Origin: Perna viridis
Lineage: Eukaryota
Assembly (NCBI GenBank): GCA_037379345.1
Contig: CM074521.1
Coordinates: 19,554,704 to 19,618,703 of the forward strand
Length of the DNA stretch: 64,000 nucleotides
Direction of reading: 5' to 3'
The notes beneath the pieces are model-generated. The model was not told where the DNA came from. It did not search any database and saw nothing but the letters and a program-made list of their open reading frames with translations. Below are positions 51,101 to 60,100 of this stretch, piece after piece (the first letter of the stretch is position 1; every line of letters starts with the position of its first letter). The position numbers and the translations under genes are program-made.

Positions 51101-54100
51101 CATTTCAAACAAAATATGAAAAATAAAAATATGTAGGTTTTTCACCCATGAATCACCTTTTGCATGATTCGTAGCCGAAGTACTACTTAAGTATTGTTTT
51201 TTAATTATTTGACCCTGTTTTGCTTCTAAAACCAACTTTGGGACAATTTACAATTGTTCATAAACTGTTTTGCAGTTTATACATAAAGTATTAATTGCCT
51301 CAAAGTTGGTTCTATTGAATAACTTGGTAAAACATTTAAAAAAAAATTCTTAAATAAACAATAATCTCATTTTGAATTTTTGTTTCTAATGTAAAAAATG
51401 GTACTTTCTTGTTTTTCAGAGGCACTATCAGAGAAAATCAAACCATTTGTGTTTATAGAACCCGATGCTAGTTTATATGACGCTTTAAAGACATTGATTA
51501 ATAATCACGTTCATAGACTTCCTGTGATAGACCGTGTGACTGGCAACGCCCTCTACATTCTTACCCATAAACGCATACTTAGGTTTTTATATTTATGTGT
51601 AAGTATCCATAGTATATAATCCATGACTGCATTCCATTTTTAAGAAAAGTAGTTTTTGCCAAATTCAGCTTTCATTTAAAACTTCATAAGGATAGTTAGG
51701 TGAAAAAGAAGTTGCTTCTTAGAAGGCAAAAAGTCATTGAGTTTTGAGTCAATTTAGATGAGATACCTGTCAGTTTTTTCAAATCAATTTTGTGGGAAAA
51801 ACTTCTTAGTTTCAAAGGTTACTCAGTTTCAAGGTAATATGGATGTGAAAACCTATTATTGTCAAGCCAATATGATGGAGATATTTAACTTAGTGGCTAC
51901 CACTCTCTCAAAAAGTGTATTCTGCTGTAAGGAGACTAAATGGCAGCAATTTATTTCCATGCTTTTTCTTGCTCCTTAAAGTATAAAAAAGTTGGTTTGA
52001 AATGTATCTCAGTCTGTTCACATTGCTTATTATGTGTATTTTTATTTTTTTTTTCAGATTAATGAATTACCTAAACCAGGTTTTATGAGTCAGACCTTAG
52101 AAGAGCTTAACGTAGGAACATTTGATAATGTGATAACGGTTCGTTATAGTTTTATGTTGCATAATTTGCAAATGTACTTTAATTCATGAGTGTCCATTAT
52201 AATAGTGCAATCTTTTTACGAAATTTTGGTTAACTTGTTAGGTACAACTTTGTGAATGTCATTTGGAATTGGATTTTGTGTGGGAAATACATGTCGCCAA
52301 CATTTTCATTTCTACTTGTAGCGACTCATGGTAACTGCAAAAATGTTTACTCTAGTTCACAATAGTACATTGTATTAGGGTATGCTTGTTTAAAAAATGA
52401 AAAAGTGACAGGTGCATTAAGTAATTTTCAGTTTCTGTAAAATTAAATACTACATAAAATAAAGAAAACGTGGTAGCATTGTTAAAAGACCATCAAATGA
52501 GGATTGAGTTGTGCTATGTTATATATCCATTTGTGTACTTTAATGGTTTGAATTACAGATGAAGATTTCAGTTAACCATGACTGGAGACATGTTGTAGAA
52601 CTATTGTTTTATCACACATGCCTAAAAACACAAAAAAACCCATTTCTTTGCTATTTCTGTTTCAGGCCAAAACCTCCACGCCTGTGATAGAAGCATTAAA
52701 CATGTTTGTAAACCATAGAATATCAGCAGTTCCAGTGGTAGATGACCAGGGAAAAGTTGTTAACATTTATGCAAAGTTTGATGTTATTGTAAGTGGATAT
52801 TAGTTTTTAGTACCATACATGTACAATATTCAATCTCTTCAACAGATTCGGCATCAATTTCACAGAAAGTCGTAAGTTTAGAGTTTGTCATAAGTTATGA
52901 CATCACAATACTTTTATCTGCTATAACGTCATAACTTAGGACTAATTTTACAACTGCGATTTTTTGTGAAAGGAACCCCAGGTATCACTACACTAAATGT
53001 GATAATTTTCCAATAGAATTCACTGGACTAATTTTAGATCTTCTGGTGTACCATACTTTTTGACACAAAGAGATGGAGTTGTATGATGGATATAGCAGGG
53101 GTTTACAAGTTTGGAAATAGTGAATACATAGTTTCATTTGTGAATTTGAAGTTATTCAGCTTTCTTTTTTCTTTATATTGAACACATGCTAATACCAAAA
53201 ATACAACATTGATATAAAAATGGTAAATTCGACACGTGATGCTCCAAATCACTCAAAATCAGGACAATTTAAATAAAGTCCACTTATTTTTAAGAGACAC
53301 TTGGTGATGAATTTAAATTTAATACCAGCAGGTGGTATATGTAGTAAGTAAATAGTAATCAAGGGAACCTGGTTTTTAATGGAAAATCAAAAGCTTGTTA
53401 TCCAGGGACAAAGACCAGACATGGAAAACAGACAAACAGAACAAACAGAACAAAGAATATTAAATATACAAAGTGACAAAAGTAAACAAGTAACTGACCC
53501 CACCAAAAACTGGGAGCATGGAACAGATGCACCGGTAGGTTTAGCGCCCTCTGCTTTTCTAGAAACAACAAATGACCAGTTTGCTATATTGTACACTATT
53601 ATTAGCAGCAGTGTAACCTATCTAAACCAAACCCAGAATTTACTGGGAACTTGTCCAAACCAGACATCTGAGGGCTTACAATGTCACTTTCAATGCATTT
53701 TATACTTGTGTAACCGGAACGCCTGCCTTAAGTGATCAAATCTTTCGGTTCAAAAAAGGTTCAGATTAGACAGGTTTCACTGTATATTTGAAGTTAATAT
53801 TAAGATACTAAACCTCTGTGTTTTATTCTACAGAATCTAGCAGCTGAGAAAACCTACAACAATTTAGATATCACATTAGAACAGGCTCTTAGACACAGAC
53901 AAGAGGTAAGACTGACATCAACTATTCTGCTCAGGGTATAGTTGCCCCTCTTGATACATTTGTACAAATGTAGTTTCAAAATATCATCCATATGATACTT
54001 AATAGGGGCAGTGTACTACAGCACATTCACTGGGTGAACTTGACATTTCATGGGGTATGGGAAATGGGGCATGGGGTGCAGGGAATGGCAATCTGGAATC

Positions 54101-57100
54101 AAGTAAGCCCACATTTATAATTAACAAAGTTTCAATTAATGTACAATTGTTAATGCATTAATCCAAAAGAATGTGTATTCTGTGTATATAATGTTGGAGG
54201 GGGGGATTTTGAATTGATTGGGAAATAGGACATTTGGAATGGGGTATTAGTCTATTAGCCACAGACCTGATTTTCATCTGCTTAAATTACACTTTTTCAA
54301 AATTTGTATTTACCGTTCTGATTTTTTTGTATATTTCCACGTTTTACCAATTTCCACTTCATTTTGTTGACTTGTTCTGACAGTGAAATAACAAGGAAGA
54401 GTAGTTAATAATAGGATAATTAATTCGAAAGAGTGACTAACCAGAATATCATCTTGAGTGCCGAAGAACGCCTAGATTTAACGAGTATGCGGAACTTGTT
54501 CCATGCACAAATTAATTCTAGAGGGTTCTTTGCACGAGTGATCATATTTTAGTTATTCACGATAACCAATTGATTATCCTAATTATAATATAGATTTTCT
54601 TCATAATTTATCGATATTTTCAACACGTATTTTAAATTCTGTGATATGGCCCATTGATATCAAAGTGATGATGTTTTGGCAGGAGAAAGTTCGAGAGTGA
54701 AATTACCAGATTTATTTCACAGTGTGAATTATCAAAATTTAAAATGTAAAATTAATCGTAAGTTATGATGTCACAATCTATTTACAATTGTGACTCCAAA
54801 ACTTATGACTTTTTGTTAAATCAACCAATTCTTATCCAGACTTCTTTGCCCTTCTTAAGTGTCAGTCTTTGTAAGAATCAGGCAATGTGTGCAACATGGT
54901 ATGGAAAACCCATCATTTAGATAGTGTAGTTTAATTATTTGCATGATCAGAATAAGGGGGGAAAAACAAGATTTTCAAAATCATGATGGTGCATTGAGAT
55001 ATTATTTCATTGAAATGCACTGTAAATGAACATTTAAAGGGCACATAAATTGATGAGTAAATCCAGTGATGCAGAGATCAATTAGTGGTCTTTTCAAATA
55101 AAGGAAGCATCCTTGAGTGAAATTATATTATCAAATAGATGGGGTTTTGACATGCATGTTTCTGATTTTTCCCCCTTTTGCCTGATTCTTACAAACACTT
55201 ACACTTATTAATCATTTGTTTACCTGATAAAATATTGATAGAACTATTATTACATCATTTCATGAAAAATTGTGAATCCAACTATCATTAAACACCCACA
55301 TAATCTTCAAATTCTTCTTTGAGTGTTGCAGAAATGCTTCTATGGTAATAATTATGGCGAAAATTGATTTGGTCTTATTGGTGGCTATTTCCTGTTGTTA
55401 GCCTATTTATTGTAATGTAGACTGAACAACATTATTTTTGTTTCCTGGGAAACCTCATTAAAAGATGGAGTACATTAAAAAAAATTTTGTTTTACTGCTG
55501 TTAACATGAAATGTCAATCTATTTTTATTCTCCTGTATTACGATGGGTGCTAATATCTCCTGGTATTAATTGTTTTATTATTCTTTGCCAGCTGTTAGTA
55601 GCTTTGTCAGGAGTTTTTATGTGCCTATATTTGTTTACAACTGTTTGTCCATTTGTATGTCTGTCTGTTCATTCATTAAATGTTTACTCGAAATGCTTTT
55701 AATGGTTTTTTTTTTTAGGGTAGATTGTCTTCTGTTTGTAATGGTTTACAAATTCTAATGAATCTTTTTGAGGCTGTACATAAATTGTATATATGTAGGC
55801 AAGTATTTTTTACATAAAATCCATGTGACTTTTGTGTAAAATTCAATCCTTATGTGAAAACTTCACCAGTAATTCATATGAAGGTTCAGTTCACACAAAA
55901 ATCATTTGAAGTTCATGTGAAAATAGTTTGCCTGTGTGCAATTCTCATGGTTTTATATCCACTGCCAATATAAAATAAATCTTCCATGGTCATTGAAGTT
56001 ATTGATTACTTCAATCTTTTTAAATAGAAACTGAGATTACAAAGGGTTAGCAATTAGCTCTGACTCATCCAAGTATAGAAACCATGTCCTTCGCAGTAAG
56101 GTGTTATATATCATGTCAACTATTTCCAGACATTTTCACCATCTGTTCAATGCTTAACAGTAGTGATGTATAGGATTTCTACAAAATGCTGTACCACATT
56201 ACCATAAAAATAGCAATAAGCCGATGAAAATCTAATGGATCAATGTAATCTCTTCTAAAAACTCAAGTATTGCATAATGCTTGCTCTTGTTGCACTTGCA
56301 AATTGATATCAGAGATACAGTGGAACTGATTAATGTTCAATATTTAAAGGTCTCTCAGAGGTCAATTCAAATTATATATATTTTGCTGTTATTAGTCTTT
56401 GTCAATCAGTTGTCTTTATTATTTGGAAGTTATATGTCAAGGTTTGATATATCACTATGTCCCTGGTGATTTTACAATGGCTTATTGCTCATATTGCACT
56501 AATATGATAATGAGTTCTTGTATATACTTCTGTTTATTGGATTTTAAATTCCATAGCAGAAATCCACTTCATTTTAAGCTCACTTGCCATCCGTCTTTGT
56601 CATTAACAATTTTTCAAAAGTCTTCCCCTCTGACACTACTTGACCAATTAGAACCAAACTTGGTATGAATGTTGTTTCGGGTATCATGCATATAATTTGT
56701 GAGGGGAGTTTTGATCCTTCAAAAACATGGCTGTCATTACTAAAAATAGAACATAGGGGTCAGACAGCAGTTGTTCGTATATATCTCCAAAACTGTAAGG
56801 TTGAGCAAAATTCTGTTGTGAACAGAAATGTTCAGCATGATGAGATCTATCTGTGATCAAATTCCTACTAAGAAGAGGAGATTGAGTGGCAACAGAAAAA
56901 AAAATCTCTAGATGAATATTCATAAAATAAAGCTTCATATTGTGCACTTGAGGTGTTCTGTTGCAGTATTGATTGTATAATAGAAGATCAGAACTTGGAT
57001 CAGTTCTTATCACTGGTGGTACAGACTGGTTCACTGATTTGGTACATTACATTCTTTTAAAGGATTGTTAATTCCTGAAATGTTACATTTTCTTTCTTGA

Positions 57101-60100
57101 AAAACAGGAAAGTAGGAGGCAATATTTACTACTGACATACATGTACATGTAGGAAAGGGTTAAAGGGTCAAAGATTGAGAAGTTTTTACACTCTTATTTG
57201 TACTTCTAATTATGCTACTTGATCATTTTCTCATATAAGAACTCATAATTTCTCACGATTTCAAAGTGAAAGAGGAAACCACTAAACCATTCATCGATAC
57301 TTAAATGTTCTAGGAAGGAAACAAGATTATTTGATGATAGAGTAAAAGGTACTCACCGACTTAAACAATCATACTAGATATTCAGCCTGTATGGTTTGAC
57401 ACAGTACAGGGTCATCTGAAGTGTTAACAGGGATGTGGGGGATGGTCTGGAAGGTGGAAAGATGCATTTAAAAAATTTAAATAATCGATCAATTTTGGGC
57501 ATTTTTGGACGTGTGCTGACTTGATACTCTACAAATTTCACTTTCCAGAACAAATGAGACATTTTCTCAATTAATATTGGAGAGTATTAATTATCAGGAA
57601 GTTGATATACTTGTTTATATAGATCTTCTGCACTGTGGATTTTTAACTGTTTATGATAAACACATTTTGGCACTTGAAATTTTGATCTGTTATGTATTGA
57701 TTATATAATGGTAACCCAAAGTGCCTAACTAAGATCAAGTTTCTAATCCAGTTCATTGGTGGTATGGATTGGTTCGATAACTTGGTACATATTTTAGTTT
57801 CCAAGTGCTAGTAAGGCATTTTACCACTTGAAAGAATATTGAAGACAAAGTAAGAAACTACTGGCTTGTTCTCTCTATATGCATATACTTTTATGTGAAA
57901 TAAAAAAGGGAGGATTTGCAGGGTTTTAACATAAAATTTTGGCTTGGTTGCCCACAAGTAAATTTTGCTAGCCAATATGTATAGTTCTTTATAATGACAG
58001 AAATTTGAGTAGCCCACACCAAAATTCAGGGCTATTGACGAGTTGGTCCCTGCTAATTTCAAACCCTGATTTGAACCTTGATTTTCACAGCCCGATTTTA
58101 TATCTATAGCAAATAAATATATGGTTTATACATGAACTGCCTTTGTCTGTCTGTCTGTCCAAATACTTTGAAACCACACTTATGCTTAATAATTCAAGGA
58201 ATGATGATCATGGCTTTGAATGCAGCAAAGTTATCACAAAATGTTGGCAAAGGGAGATAATCCAACTTTGCAGTTTTACATGATGCAAGCAATTCATTTA
58301 CACTTAGTGTTCAGTTGAGATTTTTTAAGTGCCCATGATTGCCACATTTCAGTAATTGAACTAGAAAACTTGATTTGCCAAACTGAGATAATACTTCTAA
58401 TTCAATTTCTATCATAAGCACAATTTCACTCAACAATTCCAAGGCAAATCTCCCGCTTTGGAAAAAAAATGTGAGTGGTAGATATCCCATTTTGTAATAT
58501 TCAAAGGTTAACACCTGAATAAGTTTTAAAATCAACTGAGTATTTGAAATATGCATCGCATAATTGAGATGATTTTTTTATTTTTTCATTGTCAGAAAAG
58601 ATGATACAGTCATTCAGTAATGATTGTGTCCTGCTAAAACATTAATCTGTGACATTAGTTGTTATGGCAAAGTTTCATCAATTTATCTTTATTTTTAGGA
58701 GAGTTGGTTTGAGGGTGTGGTTCATTGTCTCATCACAGACAAGCTAGAAGATGTAATAGTAAAATTGGTGCAAGCCGAGGTTTGTATATACTGTATTAAA
58801 TGAGTAACTAAAAAATTCAGAACCTGCCAATGATAGAGATGATACAAGGTGCAAAAAAACCATCAAACAAAGAATGCAGTCAACATCTTTACATAAACTA
58901 TAGTTCTTTCTGTATATAGTTGTGAATTTTTTAGAAGACCTTACATTCCTAAGCAAAACAAGAACAATATCTCTTGTAACATGCCAATTTTTGTCTCAAA
59001 AGTACAATAATTGAATGACATTAAAAGTAGTTATGTGATCTGTGTTTCTGGATAAGAAATATTGAAAATATAGAATATAGTTCTTGACTCGAATCATCTC
59101 CTTACCAACTGCTCCAAATTAACATATGGAGAATATCACAAATACATGTATTGTTACTCCTGACATAAGCATACACTTTTAACCATGTTCTGTGAACTCA
59201 AATGGTGTATGGGCTTTTTGGGTTCTCTACTTTTAAATCATCCCACAGATAATCACAAGCCGTAGAGCCATAGAAAGCTATTGACTTACTGGTGAACAGC
59301 TTGTATTCATGCTTTGTGGTTAATTAATCTATAATGGTTGTAATAATGATATGTGCAACAAAACTGTAAAAAAAATACTCAGGTCCTAGAATATTCTAAA
59401 CTTGCTACGTGACTCCAATCAAAGCCTTGGAATTTCATGACAATATCTAAGTTATTTTTTCAAGTTTTATTATGCTGGGTTTACTTGAATAATGATATAA
59501 TCCTAGTTATCAGCATATTGCAAAACCTCTTTGCAGTCTCATGGGTAGCATTCTCGCCTTGAGTGGGTAAGGCATTGGGTACAGGGTTTGGGAGCAGAGC
59601 TAATTTTATTTTTGAAACACTCGTTGACATCTGTATATGTAAGGAAGTAATGTTTTCCTCTTTTTCCTTCAGGTCCATCGACTTGTTGTCACAGATGAGA
59701 ATGACCATGTGAAGGGCATTGTATCTCTGTCTGATGTTCTGACATTCTTAGTTCTTAAACCAATGGGTATGTACTGAAGTTAATCTTAGTTCTCAAACCA
59801 GTGGATATGTACTGAAGTTATTCTTAGTTCTCAAACCAGTGGATATGTACTCAAAGTCATTCCTAGTTCATAAACCTATGGGCAGGTACTAATGTCATTC
59901 TTAGCTCTCAAAGCTCATTTGTACATGTATTCAAGTTAATTGAATTCTCTTAACATTTGAAAGGTACTCAAGTATTTCTTAGTTCTCTGACTAGTGGGTT
60001 TTCTAATAATTTAAACAGTTTTCTATCTTGTATAAATTAAAAAAGATGTGGTATATTGTATAAAAGGGGAGATAAATCAATTTTTGTTGTTAATTACTAA

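Noticed and set aside
53379-53735. 118-aa ORF and the similar ORFs at 3504-3815 and 17615-17892
   Set aside because: They arise from copies of the same non-coding dispersed repeat and show no transposase or RT motifs.
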